A stretch of DNA of 64,000 nucleotides from Chlamydiia bacterium (GCA_041688145.1 JBDNIV010000017.1:1-64000), one strand, 5' to 3'. Shown: positions 45,950-56,090, counted from the first letter of the stretch. Translations and numbers: made by a program. The notes: generated by a model not told the origin, from the letters alone.

Positions 45950-47263
45950 ATGCATATTTGGAAAGCTTTTGTCTTAACTCAAAAAAACCGCCTTCCTGCG
46001 AGATGCTGTAAATGGCTCGATGAGATAGAGCTTGTCCATTATGACGCGAGACGAATTGAGCTAAAAGCGCCCTCAGCTTTTTTGGCCGCATGGTTTGATG
46101 AACATCTGCGCTCTTCTTTAGAAAAATTTGCTCAAAGCACCTCTTCTCGAAGAATAAAAATAGAGATTACCCTTCCCAATGAGCTTGTAAAATTACCTCC
46201 AAAGCCTCTAATTGAGCAGGCTCCTTTAAACCCTCTTTTTACCTTTCAAAACTTTGCTTTTTGGGATAATAATAGCCTTTGGAAGGGCGCTCTAAGTCAT
46301 TTAGACCACTACAATCCCCTCTACTTTTTTGGCCCTAAGGGATCAGGGAAAACCCATCTAATGCAAGCGTTTGCCCACAAGTTCCAACAAGAAAAAAAAC
46401 GCGTCCTTTTTATAAGTGCAAAAAGCTTTCAAGAAGCTTTTATATATGCTATTCGCTCTAACCAGGTATCCACTTTTAGAGCGCATTTTACAAATTTAGA
46501 GGCTCTTCTTATTGATGACATTGACCACTTAGCAGGAAAGCCTGCTACTTTGGAGGCTTTTTTTCATGTTTTTAATTCCCTCCATGAGCAAAAGGCTCAG
46601 CTTTTTTTCTCAAGTAATAAAGCCCCTCACCATATTGAAGGCCTAGAATCTAGGATTGTATCCAGACTTCAGTGGGGTCTTTGTCTTAAGCTTGAAAGTC
46701 CTGCTGAAAAAGGACTTACAGCTCTTTTAGAAAAAAAAGCCCTTGCTCTGGGAGTTGACCTTGTAAGCGCATCTCATATACTCAAACTGATTATGGGACG
46801 CTCTAAAAAACCTCATGAGTGCGTAAGAGCTCTAGAAGGCTTTATTTTGAACGAACACCTAGAAGGCAAGTCCTTTCACACGCTTAGCTCAAACGCTCTT
46901 TCAGAGCGCTTACAATGCCTTATGCATGCACAGAAATCACTTACCCCTGAAGTGCTTATCCAGGCCGTAAGCCATTTTTATAAAATTCCCACAGAAGACC
47001 TCCTCGGCAAAAGTAAAGCACATGCATTTTCTCGTCCGAGAAAAATTGCCATGTATCTATGTAAAAAAGAGCTTAAACTCTCTTACCCTGCTATAGGAAA
47101 AATCTTTGCTAGGGATCACTCTACCGTCATAAATGCTGTTCGCTCTTGTGAAAATTCGCAGCTAGTCGATGCTCATACGCTTGATAAGCTTCTTCAATCA
47201 GCCTCCAAAGAGATCGCTAGTTTCTCAAGCTTAGAAAAGGCCTCATCAAAAAAGCCTGTGTAA
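45950..47263 (+). CDS. dnaA: Chromosomal replication initiator DnaA (divergent copy)
   Basis: LNP.FTF.NF, YNPLY.FG..GSGKTHL, LLIDDI, FFH.FN.L, SRL.WGL and RDHSTV. Confidence 0.9.
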   Translation: MHIWKAFVLTQKNRLPARCCKWLDEIELVHYDARRIELKAPSAFLAAWFDEHLRSSLEKFAQSTSSRRIKIEITLPNELVKLPPKPLIEQAPLNPLFTFQNFAFWDNNSLWKGALSHLDHYNPLYFFGPKGSGKTHLMQAFAHKFQQEKKRVLFISAKSFQEAFIYAIRSNQVSTFRAHFTNLEALLIDDIDHLAGKPATLEAFFHVFNSLHEQKAQLFFSSNKAPHHIEGLESRIVSRLQWGLCLKLESPAEKGLTALLEKKALALGVDLVSASHILKLIMGRSKKPHECVRALEGFILNEHLEGKSFHTLSSNALSERLQCLMHAQKSLTPEVLIQAVSHFYKIPTEDLLGKSKAHAFSRPRKIAMYLCKKELKLSYPAIGKIFARDHSTVINAVRSCENSQLVDAHTLDKLLQSASKEIASFSSLEKASSKKPV

Positions 47264-48090
47264 GCTTGATCTATTCTTTTGTGGACAAGATGGATACACT
47301 CTGGATTATTTTGCTTAGTACCCTTGGTAAAAGAGCTTTGATCCAAGAGAATTTGTAGGTTTATTTGCTCAAGAGTCTCTTTTATACTCTTTTGAAACTC
47401 TTTGAGCTGCCGGACAAAAGGGTGCTCTATTCCAAGGGCCTTTGTCAGCAAAGACAAACTTTTATCGGAAATGAGCACACTCTTACAAAAAAACCGACCC
47501 GCAAGAGCTGACTTTTCTTCAGAAGTTGCAGCTTTTTGAAAACTTCTTTGCCAAAACAAGCACTCTTTTTTGAATAAGTGTTCAAGCTCTTTTGGGTGAT
47601 AAAGCTTGCCTAGTTTTTTTTCGACCGTATAGCTTAAGCCTTGTTCGTAACCCTCTTTTCGCATCTTTGCAACCATTAAAGGTACTCTAAGTGCTCCATA
47701 TCTTTGTGCTTTATCCTCCCACTGTGAGGCGCTTTGCAGGCGATCATAAAGAGGCTTTACTCCAAGACTTAGGCTTATAAGGCTGGAAATTACAGGACTA
47801 AGATAAGCTTCCAAGGCCCATTTTATAGTGCAAGCTGCAAAAATCCATAGGAGACAATGCCAAGCGCTTGCTATCCGCATAATACGCCCTTGTAATTGAC
47901 AATCTTTGGCAAGAGTTAAGTGGTCCTCAGATTTTTCCAATAACAAGGCTCCATCAATGAGATACGCCTTTCCCAATTCCTGTACGCGATTATCTAAGTT
48001 TTTTTCTAAAACGCTTTTACTGACCTCATCAAAATTAAAAGAAGGAGTCCACTCAACACAGCAGTTTAGTGCTACAGAAGCTACTGTCAA
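47194..48090 (-). CDS. Hypothetical membrane protein, tandem paralog B (Inc-like)
   Basis: AGGAG RBS and TTG coupled to the upstream stop. Shares YLIDG, AK.R..GYE.G and HP.EL..L with the neighbour. Confidence 0.75.
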   Translation of the reverse strand: MTVASVALNCCVEWTPSFNFDEVSKSVLEKNLDNRVQELGKAYLIDGALLLEKSEDHLTLAKDCQLQGRIMRIASAWHCLLWIFAACTIKWALEAYLSPVISSLISLSLGVKPLYDRLQSASQWEDKAQRYGALRVPLMVAKMRKEGYEQGLSYTVEKKLGKLYHPKELEHLFKKECLFWQRSFQKAATSEEKSALAGRFFCKSVLISDKSLSLLTKALGIEHPFVRQLKEFQKSIKETLEQINLQILLDQSSFTKGTKQNNPECIHLVHKRIDQAYTGFFDEAFSKLEKLAISLEAD

Positions 48091-49187
48091 AATATAGCTC
48101 CTATTTTATCTGCCTGTTTTTCGCTCTTGTGTAAATCGTTTAAATAACGCTCTGCACAAGGATGCGCCTCTTCTAAAAAAGCTTTAGCCTCATTAAAAAA
48201 AGAACCGTAATGAGACATCCACTCTTTGCGCTGCACTTTAATTTTATAATCCCGCTCGAATGCGAGCCTATTTTTCTCCACTTCTTCTCGGAGATAATCC
48301 CGCTTCGTCTCGATATAAGAAGTGCCATCTCTCATATAATGAATCTGAGTTCTCCAGTAAATAACACTATTGATGCGATTTTGGTAAATCACTTTTAAAG
48401 TGCTGATTTCCCCTAGATACTTCTTATCAAAGCTTTCATAAAGTTCTAAACGCCTATTTTCAAAATGCTTGCTCAAGCTAGACAAGTCACGAGTAAAAGA
48501 GCTGTCCATAAGATCTAAACTACCAAAAAGCGCTTTGCCAAAAAGGTTGCTTTGAAAAACAGTAAAAGCGAGTTTTGCTTTCTTACAATTACCTAAAGAG
48601 CTTTGCTTTTTGAGATCAATTAAGCTTTTCATATAGAGATATCTTAGCTCCTCTGGGTGAAAAGCGTCGCAAGGCAGTTTTGGATCAAGTCCCAAAGCCT
48701 CCTTTTGAATCTTATAAAATCCCTTCTCATAGCCGAGCCGTCTTATTTTTGCGATGTCTTTAGCTAGAGTTGAAGATCTAGAAATATAAACAGGTATCAT
48801 ATCGAGTAGGATGTGCACTACAACCCCAAACCCAACAATTGTAATAGGTATTATGGGGTTCATAAAATACACTCCAGCTACAGCAGTGCTCAATATGATA
48901 GGCACCAACATAGTCCCTAGAGATGGATGCTTTTTTAAAAGCTTTTTCGTGTAGGTAGATCTTTCATTAATTTCTCTAAGCGCTACTACCCCATCAATCA
49001 GATAATATTTCTTCCCTTCTAATGAGCTCTTAGGGTGGTATGCGTCTTCTTGAATAGAGCTTGCAGCTACTTTTAAAATGCGCTCTTTCAGAGGCTTAGC
49101 TACTTTTTCAGACATAGACTGAAGATCTAAGCCCTCTTCTCTAAAAGAAGTTAAAGGGTCTGAATATCCTATTAAAGAAAGGCTCAT
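48087..49187 (-). CDS. Hypothetical membrane protein, tandem paralog A (Inc-like)
   Basis: GGAG RBS, a long bilobed hydrophobic segment and the same shared motifs. Confidence 0.75.
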   Translation of the reverse strand: MSLSLIGYSDPLTSFREEGLDLQSMSEKVAKPLKERILKVAASSIQEDAYHPKSSLEGKKYYLIDGVVALREINERSTYTKKLLKKHPSLGTMLVPIILSTAVAGVYFMNPIIPITIVGFGVVVHILLDMIPVYISRSSTLAKDIAKIRRLGYEKGFYKIQKEALGLDPKLPCDAFHPEELRYLYMKSLIDLKKQSSLGNCKKAKLAFTVFQSNLFGKALFGSLDLMDSSFTRDLSSLSKHFENRRLELYESFDKKYLGEISTLKVIYQNRINSVIYWRTQIHYMRDGTSYIETKRDYLREEVEKNRLAFERDYKIKVQRKEWMSHYGSFFNEAKAFLEEAHPCAERYLNDLHKSEKQADKIGAIF

Positions 49188-49238
49188 AATAGCTCCGATT
49201 CCTAAAAATTAAGGAGCTTGAGGCTAACACAAGAGAGT

Positions 49239-50570
49239 CTAAACGGGATAGATATTTTCTATAAAAACAAGCAAGATGAGAGCTATAGCTATGAACTTCC
49301 ATGTTAATTTGAAGTAGATATAGAGCCCTTTTTTTTCTAGCTTAGGGTGATTTGCCCCCTGTTCAATTTCTTCTAGAGCGCGCCTAGACTTCCAGACCCA
49401 TCCAATAATTATAGCAACTATAAGACTGCCTAAAGGCACTAAGATGTTGAGAGAGAAAAAGGAAATAATATCGTAAAAAGCCCATCCATATGCAAAGGAA
49501 AGCGCACTGGGTAATCCAACAAGAAAGCAGAGTAAAGCGCAGAGCATAACCGCTGCTTTTCTTTTCCATCCTTTTTCCTGTAGATAGCAGATGAAAGGCT
49601 CCATAGCTGATATTTGAGATGTCAAAGCTGCTATAGCTACTAGCAAGAAAAAGAGTACAGAGAAAAAGTACCCTCCAGGAAGAGAGGAAAAAGCGACAGG
49701 CAGAAGAGAGAAAATAAGGCCTGACCCTGCTGCTTTACTCGCTTGTGATACGCCAGCGATACTAAAAATCGCAAATACACTTAAAAGAGCCGCTACTGTA
49801 TCAAACAAAACTACCATAGCGCAGCTTGCGACGATATTTGTTTTTTTAGAAAGATAGCTGCCATAAGTGATCATAGTCCCTTGCCCTAAGCTTAAAGTAA
49901 AAAAAGCTTGCCCAAGAGCAATTAAAACACCTGCTCCAGTGAGCTTAGAAAAGTCCATGCTAAACAGAAAATTAAGCTGCCCTTTTTCTATATGAGAAAA
50001 GCCTTGAATGATGAGAATAATAAGGATAAGAAAAAGAAGCGGAATTAACCAACGGCTCACCCATTCAATGCCTCTTCGGACTCCACCGACTAAGACAAGA
50101 GCGCTTAAGGCTACAAAAATAGCCTGAAAACCAATACTCCAGCTGGGGTTGTGTATCAAGTGATCGAAATAAGCAGCTGCTTTAGTTGAAGTGTCTAAAT
50201 GCACTACATGGCCTATAATCGCTTGCCATAAGTAACCGATGACCCAGCCTGCAATAACCCCATAAAAGGAGCTAATCAAAAAACCTGTTAAAATTGAGAG
50301 TTTACCACATCCACGCCAAAAAACCTTTCTTCGAGCCACCGAAGCAAAAGCTCCAGGAGGACTCGATTTTCCATGACGCCCTAAAGAGACTTCAGCTACA
50401 AGTAAAGGAAAGCTAATCAGCAAAAGAAAGGCAAAATAAACAATGAGAAAAGCGCCTCCTCCATTTTGACCTACGACATAAGGAAAGCGCCAAATATTCG
50501 CAAGGCCAATAGCAGACCCAGCAGCAGCCGTTATAAATCCAAACTTTGTGCCCCATGTCTCTTTTTGCAT
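49239..50570 (-). CDS. Sodium-dependent NSS/SNF-family transporter
   Basis: AAGSAIGLANIWRFPY..G.NGGGAF, ALGQAFFTLSLG.G.MITYGSYL and AALTS. Confidence 0.93.
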   Translation of the reverse strand: MQKETWGTKFGFITAAAGSAIGLANIWRFPYVVGQNGGGAFLIVYFAFLLLISFPLLVAEVSLGRHGKSSPPGAFASVARRKVFWRGCGKLSILTGFLISSFYGVIAGWVIGYLWQAIIGHVVHLDTSTKAAAYFDHLIHNPSWSIGFQAIFVALSALVLVGGVRRGIEWVSRWLIPLLFLILIILIIQGFSHIEKGQLNFLFSMDFSKLTGAGVLIALGQAFFTLSLGQGTMITYGSYLSKKTNIVASCAMVVLFDTVAALLSVFAIFSIAGVSQASKAAGSGLIFSLLPVAFSSLPGGYFFSVLFFLLVAIAALTSQISAMEPFICYLQEKGWKRKAAVMLCALLCFLVGLPSALSFAYGWAFYDIISFFSLNILVPLGSLIVAIIIGWVWKSRRALEEIEQGANHPKLEKKGLYIYFKLTWKFIAIALILLVFIENIYPV

Positions 50571-50687
50571 CGCTTAACCTATATATTCTATTCTCTTAAA
50601 AGCTGTCTTTTTACAACTTTCTTAAGTTTTTCCTCACCATACAAAACCTAAAAAATAAGCGCACGCTTTTCTCTTAAGCACTTTTTT

Positions 50688-51377
50688 TTAATCTCCTTTA
50701 ATCTGTAAGAATGCAAAAGCCTCTCCCCAAGGAAAAATGACCTTCTTCCGTTTTTTTACATAAAAGGGAGTGTCTTTATCGCACTCTTTTAAAGGGAAGC
50801 TAATTGTGATAAGTCGACATCCTTTAGGAGCTGACTTAAGCGCCTGGCTTAGCTTTTGTATGTAAGCCTCATCAAAGCCTGTAGAATAGAAATAAATGCA
50901 CTGCGCTAAAGAGTAGTCTATATCAAGCAGATCACTACATATAAATTGCACTGAATTTTCAACGGTAGATTGATCTGTAAGACCTTGTCTACACACCTTT
51001 TGAGCTTTTTCAATAAAAGGCTCAAAACGATCGACACCGGTTGCTTTGCAACCTAAACATAAACTCAACCAAAGTGAAGACCTCCCTGTACCACAGCCAA
51101 GCTCGAAGACATGCATGCCTTTAGAAACATTTGCAAGCTTCGCTAGTTCTTCTAAAGTTTTTAGGGGTGTGTGTCCAAAAGGTGGAAGGGTTTGCTCAAT
51201 AGAGCCTACTTGCTTCCACTTCTTAGATCGAGCGAGATGGTAGGCGCCAAAAAGGCCGTAAGCTCTTTTCAGTCTTTGATCTGCTCTTCTGAAAGCAGGC
51301 GCACGCCTATACCATTTTAGCGTTGTTAAAAGCTCAATAAAAGGGCCTTTGACCCTTTGAAGCAGCTCAGATCTCAC
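50688..51377 (-). CDS. Class I SAM-dependent methyltransferase, DOT1-like
   Basis: FGHTP, VFELGCGTGR, A.C.YFYST.F and KG.RLIT.S.PL. Probable GTG start at 51377. Confidence 0.75.
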   Translation of the reverse strand: MRSELLQRVKGPFIELLTTLKWYRRAPAFRRADQRLKRAYGLFGAYHLARSKKWKQVGSIEQTLPPFGHTPLKTLEELAKLANVSKGMHVFELGCGTGRSSLWLSLCLGCKATGVDRFEPFIEKAQKVCRQGLTDQSTVENSVQFICSDLLDIDYSLAQCIYFYSTGFDEAYIQKLSQALKSAPKGCRLITISFPLKECDKDTPFYVKKRKKVIFPWGEAFAFLQIKGD

Positions 51378-51384
51378 AGAAAGT

Positions 51385-52383
51385 CTACCAGTTGATTGTC
51401 TGTCCTGGATATAGTACTCGAAAAGCCTCTGATTGCAAACCTTTCTCTTTTTTAGCCCTTTCGAGATCAACTATAGGGCGAAAACGTTCTTCAGTAGAAA
51501 GGCGAAAAGTATTCCAATGGCAGCCTACACTTAAGCTTGAACCTACTTCTTTGTGGATATCAGCTGCTTGATAAGGATCAATATGCATAGGGCTTTGAAA
51601 AGCTCTTGGGGCAAAAGCTCCAATAGGAATCAAGCTTAAGTCCATCTTACCAAAATGCTCCCCAATAGCTTTAAAGTCTTTGTCGTTATATCCAGTATCC
51701 CCTGCGAAGTAAAAACGCTTATAGAGTTTTTGCTTTTTTTCCATTTGAACTACAAACCCTGACCATAAGCTTTTATTGCGATCAAAAAAGCCTCTTCCCG
51801 AAAAGTGCTGCGCTGGCACAGCTGTAATGGAGAGCTTCATAGACCCTAAAGGAACCTTGTGGCTCTGCCACCAGTCGAGCTCAACAACTTTATGGATTTT
51901 GCGCTTATGAAACCATGGGCTTAAACCCCGTGGAACTATCCATGAAATTTCAGGATGAAGCTCATGAAGCTTTTTAACGCTCTTACTATCTAAGTGATCA
52001 TAGTGATTGTGGCTAATAAGAACGTAATCTACTCTGCCAAGCTCTTTTATATCAAAAGGTGCTTCATGTTGCCTTTTCGGCCCTAAGACCTGAGAAGGAG
52101 AGCAGCGTTTACTCCAAACAGGATCTGTTAGAAAAACTACTCCATCTACCTGAAGCACAAAGGTAGAGTGCCCAGCCCAAGTAACACTTGGGCTTTCAAA
52201 GCAAACCTTCTCTTCAGAAAATATCATCTCAAACCCCTCGGGGACCTTGAGCTCTTCTTGTATATCTCTATATTTGCCCATAGCCCATAAAAGCCCATCT
52301 TTAAGAGCTCTTTTATCATCGATGATATGAGGATTGACGAAGAGGCGCCCTTTTTGAGCAGCTTGTATTTTCTTATGCATCAT
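51385..52383 (-). CDS. MBL-fold metallohydrolase, NAPE-PLD/RomA-like
   Basis: W.GHST, TDPVWS.R.SP, SHNHYDHLD, PAQHFSGR, YFAGDTGY and H..TF.L. Confidence 0.92.
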   Translation of the reverse strand: MMHKKIQAAQKGRLFVNPHIIDDKRALKDGLLWAMGKYRDIQEELKVPEGFEMIFSEEKVCFESPSVTWAGHSTFVLQVDGVVFLTDPVWSKRCSPSQVLGPKRQHEAPFDIKELGRVDYVLISHNHYDHLDSKSVKKLHELHPEISWIVPRGLSPWFHKRKIHKVVELDWWQSHKVPLGSMKLSITAVPAQHFSGRGFFDRNKSLWSGFVVQMEKKQKLYKRFYFAGDTGYNDKDFKAIGEHFGKMDLSLIPIGAFAPRAFQSPMHIDPYQAADIHKEVGSSLSVGCHWNTFRLSTEERFRPIVDLERAKKEKGLQSEAFRVLYPGQTINW

Positions 52384-52567
52384 GCTTCTTGGGAATAGTG
52401 GTTATAATTTAACTAATACCCAAAAAACAAAGATTAGTCAAACTAATATTCAACTAAATTAAACTAATTTATAAAAAATAGCTTCTTTTTTTTAAAATTA
52501 AAAAGAAGCCCCTGATATCAACAAGAAAAGATAAGGTTACTTATCTTTGATTACACCCTGTCTAAAA

Positions 52568-52951
52568 CTAAATTTTTGTGGGATAAAAGTGTGCCCCGCT
52601 ACTTATAGTCCTAGAATTTAGATTAATCCTTAGCCTATGGGCTAAATTTGCATTACCTATGCCAGATGGAGATGAAAATAATATACGCCTTGCAGCTAAA
52701 ATAACCCTTTTAAGTGAATAGAAAGGGACATTTTGCGAACTGCTGTCCCCTCTCTTCTCTACCATTTTTTCAGAGGTTAATGCCATAGGACGAGAATAAG
52801 TGTAACTATGATGCATACCCATCCCATTAGACTCAAACAATCCACGAAAAAATCTAAGATTGATCGTTGCAGCATTAGAATGCTGCTGGGACAGAATAGG
52901 CCTAACACAGTTTTTATAAGTATCAGACCTTAGAATTAAACCTAAAACCAT
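52568..52951 (-). CDS. Orphan hypothetical protein
   Basis: 127-aa ORF with an AAGGTG RBS and AT-rich flanks. Confidence 0.5.
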   Translation of the reverse strand: MVLGLILRSDTYKNCVRPILSQQHSNAATINLRFFRGLFESNGMGMHHSYTYSRPMALTSEKMVEKRGDSSSQNVPFYSLKRVILAARRILFSSPSGIGNANLAHRLRINLNSRTISSGAHFYPTKI

Positions 52952-53073
52952 AAAATCACCTTTATTAAGGAATTCATAAAAACATTAAATATAAACATAT
53001 TTTAGCGAACTAAATGTTAAAAAACATTAAAAATACAAATTTAAAATAAAGTGTATTAAAAGAATGCCCTAAA

Positions 53074-53559
53074 TCAGGCAGTAGTGACCTTTCCGAGATC
53101 TTTTAGGTGTGAAAAAAGCCCTTCTAGAGACTCTTCAAGTATATCAAGAACATGCTCAAAAGCCTCTTGCCCTAGCTGATAGGGGTCAGGAATATCGGCT
53201 TTAGGGTATTTCTTGCTCCATTCGCAGATGAGCTTGATTCTCTTTTTAGACTCTTCTGAGGGCGCATGTTCTTTTAGATGCTCGGCAATCTCTTCAGTAG
53301 CTGCAAGCACATAAAGAGAAGTCTCCATATCTTCTGGGGTAATCGCCTCTGATTTTCCCGGAATCTCAAATCCCCGCTTTTTTGCTGCTTCACGCATCTG
53401 GTAGCTTGAAGGATCTCCAATATTCCATCGGGTAATAGCCCGGCTGCAGATGTCGAGGTTATGCTTTGCTTTTTTTTGCTTACACATATGCTTAAAAAGA
53501 GCCTCTGCTGCAGGTGATCGACAGATGTTTCCTAGACAGACAAAAATTACCTTTTCCAT
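53074..53559 (-). CDS. Low-molecular-weight protein-tyrosine phosphatase
   Basis: FVCLGNICRSPAAE P-loop and DIPDPY. Confidence 0.93.
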   Translation of the reverse strand: MEKVIFVCLGNICRSPAAEALFKHMCKQKKAKHNLDICSRAITRWNIGDPSSYQMREAAKKRGFEIPGKSEAITPEDMETSLYVLAATEEIAEHLKEHAPSEESKKRIKLICEWSKKYPKADIPDPYQLGQEAFEHVLDILEESLEGLFSHLKDLGKVTTA

Positions 53560-53617
53560 AATTGCTTTTCCTTTTTTCTATTTTTTCTGTTCTTGTGAGC
53601 ACATCTCAATAAGAGAT

Positions 53618-54661
53618 CTAGCCTCTATAAGCTTTTTGTCTTCTAGCTTTTAAGCCCAGACCCCTAGACAAAAAAGCTCCTAAAATAAACATAAGGCCAC
53701 AACCTAAAATAAGCCCTACTTCATTCACTGCAACAGCCTCGTTCTGTATAGGACTAAGTGCGCCCCTAAAAGGCCACAGTATGGGAAGACTACCTAATAT
53801 AAAGCCCGATAGCAGTGCCATCACATTGTTTTCCCATCTTGCAAGGCAAAAGCGGATACTTCTTGCCCCTAATAAAAAGCCCACTAAAACGCCCAGGCCT
53901 ACCTTACTTAAAAAAGTAAACGCCTGCATATCAAACTGCCCTACAAAGAGGCTTTCGCTAAAAAGCGCAAGTGCTGAGATAAGAGGCGAGTAAAGGCCTA
54001 CTATCAAAAGCAGTGTGCTACCTGATATACCGGGCAATAGCATAGCTATAGAAGCAAGCATGCCTGCTACGAACAAAAGGATATCTGAGCCTAAATTAGA
54101 CGAGCTCAAAATCAGATCTGGATTTGAAAAAAATGAAATCCCTAAAGTTTTTACGACCATAAGAGCACTTGCAATACCAAAGCCTAAAAAAAGGCTAAAA
54201 AAGGCGCGCTTGTTAAAGCGAATACCTCTTAGGTAAAAGAAAGTACAGACAACAATTAGGCCGAGAAAAAAGCTAAAAAGATGCGCGCGTATCCAGGGCA
54301 TTTCTAGAGCTATATGAAGCACTTTTGAAAAAACAAGAATCGCTAAAATATCTCCAAGAGCTAAGAAAAACCAAAAGCGCGCTTTTCCTTCAGAAAAAAA
54401 GGCTTTAAGTCCCCTTTTAGGACTTTTAAAAATCTCCCCTATAGCTGCAAAGGATCCTAAGAGTTCATCATAAAAACCAAAGAGGTAAGCTATCGTGCCT
54501 CCTGATATACCTGGGACTAAGTCACAAAAACCCATAAAGGCGCCAAAGAAAAAAATCTGGGAGATTTTTCTTCTTGGCTTTTGAATCTTTTCAGGAAATT
54601 CATCTTGCAAATCTGATGGGCCTGCTCTTAGATGAGAGGATTTTTGCGTTTTGGTTATCAT
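53618..54661 (-). CDS. DUF368 membrane protein (undecaprenyl-phosphate translocase family)
   Basis: MG..DLVPGISGGTIA and AMLLPGISGS repeats, plus GF.LGSL..LWPF. Confidence 0.9.
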   Translation of the reverse strand: MITKTQKSSHLRAGPSDLQDEFPEKIQKPRRKISQIFFFGAFMGFCDLVPGISGGTIAYLFGFYDELLGSFAAIGEIFKSPKRGLKAFFSEGKARFWFFLALGDILAILVFSKVLHIALEMPWIRAHLFSFFLGLIVVCTFFYLRGIRFNKRAFFSLFLGFGIASALMVVKTLGISFFSNPDLILSSSNLGSDILLFVAGMLASIAMLLPGISGSTLLLIVGLYSPLISALALFSESLFVGQFDMQAFTFLSKVGLGVLVGFLLGARSIRFCLARWENNVMALLSGFILGSLPILWPFRGALSPIQNEAVAVNEVGLILGCGLMFILGAFLSRGLGLKARRQKAYRG

Positions 54662-54664
54662 CCC

Positions 54665-55069
54665 CTAGAACCATCCAAAATGTCTGCTTAGGTACCAAAA
54701 AACAGAAAACAGGGTAATGCCTAAAACAGCCCTCAACACATACGTCCAAAGCTGACTTGAAGGCATTTGTGAACCTCTTGTCTCTACCGTGCTAATACCG
54801 TAGGAAAAGTATGGCTTACTTTCAGGACCTTTAAAAAAAATTTGCTCTTCTCTTAAAAGGCGCTCTCCATCAAGTCCAAGAAAATTGGCATATTGCTTCG
54901 TAAAGCCGCGCGCATAGACTGAAGAAATCAGGCTATCCAGTGTTCCCTCTTCAATAGCTTCTAGATAACTAAGCTTGATAGAGGTTTCATTTTCAATATC
55001 TGTTAAGCTCTTTGAGAGCTTTTCTCGGTGTTCCCTTAGCGTCTGTCCAAACTTTTTCTTAGAATCCAT
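54665..55069 (-). CDS. rodZ: RodZ-like HTH protein with one TM segment and no periplasmic domain
   Basis: G..LR..RE....SL.D....T.I...YLEAIE.G and VY.RGF.K.YA.FLGLD, then a TM segment. Confidence 0.82.
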   Translation of the reverse strand: MDSKKKFGQTLREHREKLSKSLTDIENETSIKLSYLEAIEEGTLDSLISSVYARGFTKQYANFLGLDGERLLREEQIFFKGPESKPYFSYGISTVETRGSQMPSSQLWTYVLRAVLGITLFSVFWYLSRHFGWF

Positions 55070-55208
55070 AAACCTACCTATCGCTTAAAGCCTTAGCCTT
55101 TCATCAGCCTTGTATGTCTTTATATTTGCTTTAGTACTCTTGGAGCTTAGTATCCAAAAGCTAAAAAGGCAATATACAAATTTAACTCAAAGGGACTATG
55201 ATACAGCT

Positions 55209-56090
55209 ATGTCTAAAACTTTTGTGAATGAAATCACCCCTGAGCAAGCAACGCTCATGAAGCAAGACCTTGAAGAGGCGGGCTTCACTTTCTCAGAGCG
55301 CCCCTACTCTCTTTTCTTTGCCCAAAAAAAGGGACTTTGTGTCCAAGCATATACAAGCGGCAAGCTTGTTATTCAAGGCAAGGAAATGGGTGAATTTATT
55401 GAGTTTTACATCGAGCCTATGCTGGGGAATTTTTCTTTCACAACAAAAAACCTCACCATAGACAAAACGCCTCATATTGGTGGTGATGAATCAGGTAAAG
55501 GCGACTTTCTTGGCCCTCTTTGTATTGTAGCAGTCTACACTTCATCTGAAGCTATAGAAAAACTCTCAGAAAAAGGAGTGCAAGACTCAAAGACCCTGAC
55601 AGATACCCGGATTAAAAAACTGAAGCCCTTGATTACAAGCCTGTGTACATATGAAGTCGTTATAATATCCCCTATTAAGTACAACGCTCTGTATGAGAAG
55701 TTTCAGAACTTAAATACACTGCTCGCTTGGGGCCATGCAACGGCTATTGAAGCTGTGATCCAAAAGACAGGGAACTATCCTGTTCTTGTTGATAAGTTCG
55801 CCTCTGAAAGCGTCTTAGAAAGCGCTGTACGTAAAAAAGGTCTTGGCATTGAGCTTACGCAAAAAACAAAAGCTGAAAGCGACATTGCTGTCGCTAGCGC
55901 CTCTATTTTAGCTAGGGCTGCTTTTGTTGAGAGCCTTGAACAGCTGGGCAAAGAGATGGGCATAACGCTTCCTAAAGGAGCGAGTAAAGCTGTTGATGAG
56001 GCCGCTAGAAAAATCGCTCATACTCAGGGCAAAGAGGCTTTGATAAAGTGCGCCAAAATGCACTTTAAAACAGCTGATCCCTTCAGATAA
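55209..56090 (+). CDS. rnhC: Ribonuclease HIII
   Basis: TBP-like N-domain (Y.SGKLV.QG), IG.DESGKGD..GPL, V.DSK.L.D, VA.ASILAR and AK.HF.T. Confidence 0.94.
   Translation: MSKTFVNEITPEQATLMKQDLEEAGFTFSERPYSLFFAQKKGLCVQAYTSGKLVIQGKEMGEFIEFYIEPMLGNFSFTTKNLTIDKTPHIGGDESGKGDFLGPLCIVAVYTSSEAIEKLSEKGVQDSKTLTDTRIKKLKPLITSLCTYEVVIISPIKYNALYEKFQNLNTLLAWGHATAIEAVIQKTGNYPVLVDKFASESVLESAVRKKGLGIELTQKTKAESDIAVASASILARAAFVESLEQLGKEMGITLPKGASKAVDEAARKIAHTQGKEALIKCAKMHFKTADPFR

Noticed and set aside
45884..47263. oriC next to dnaA
   Set aside because: The upstream gap is only 66 bp with one box, the downstream gene overlaps dnaA, and there is no box cluster or unwinding element.
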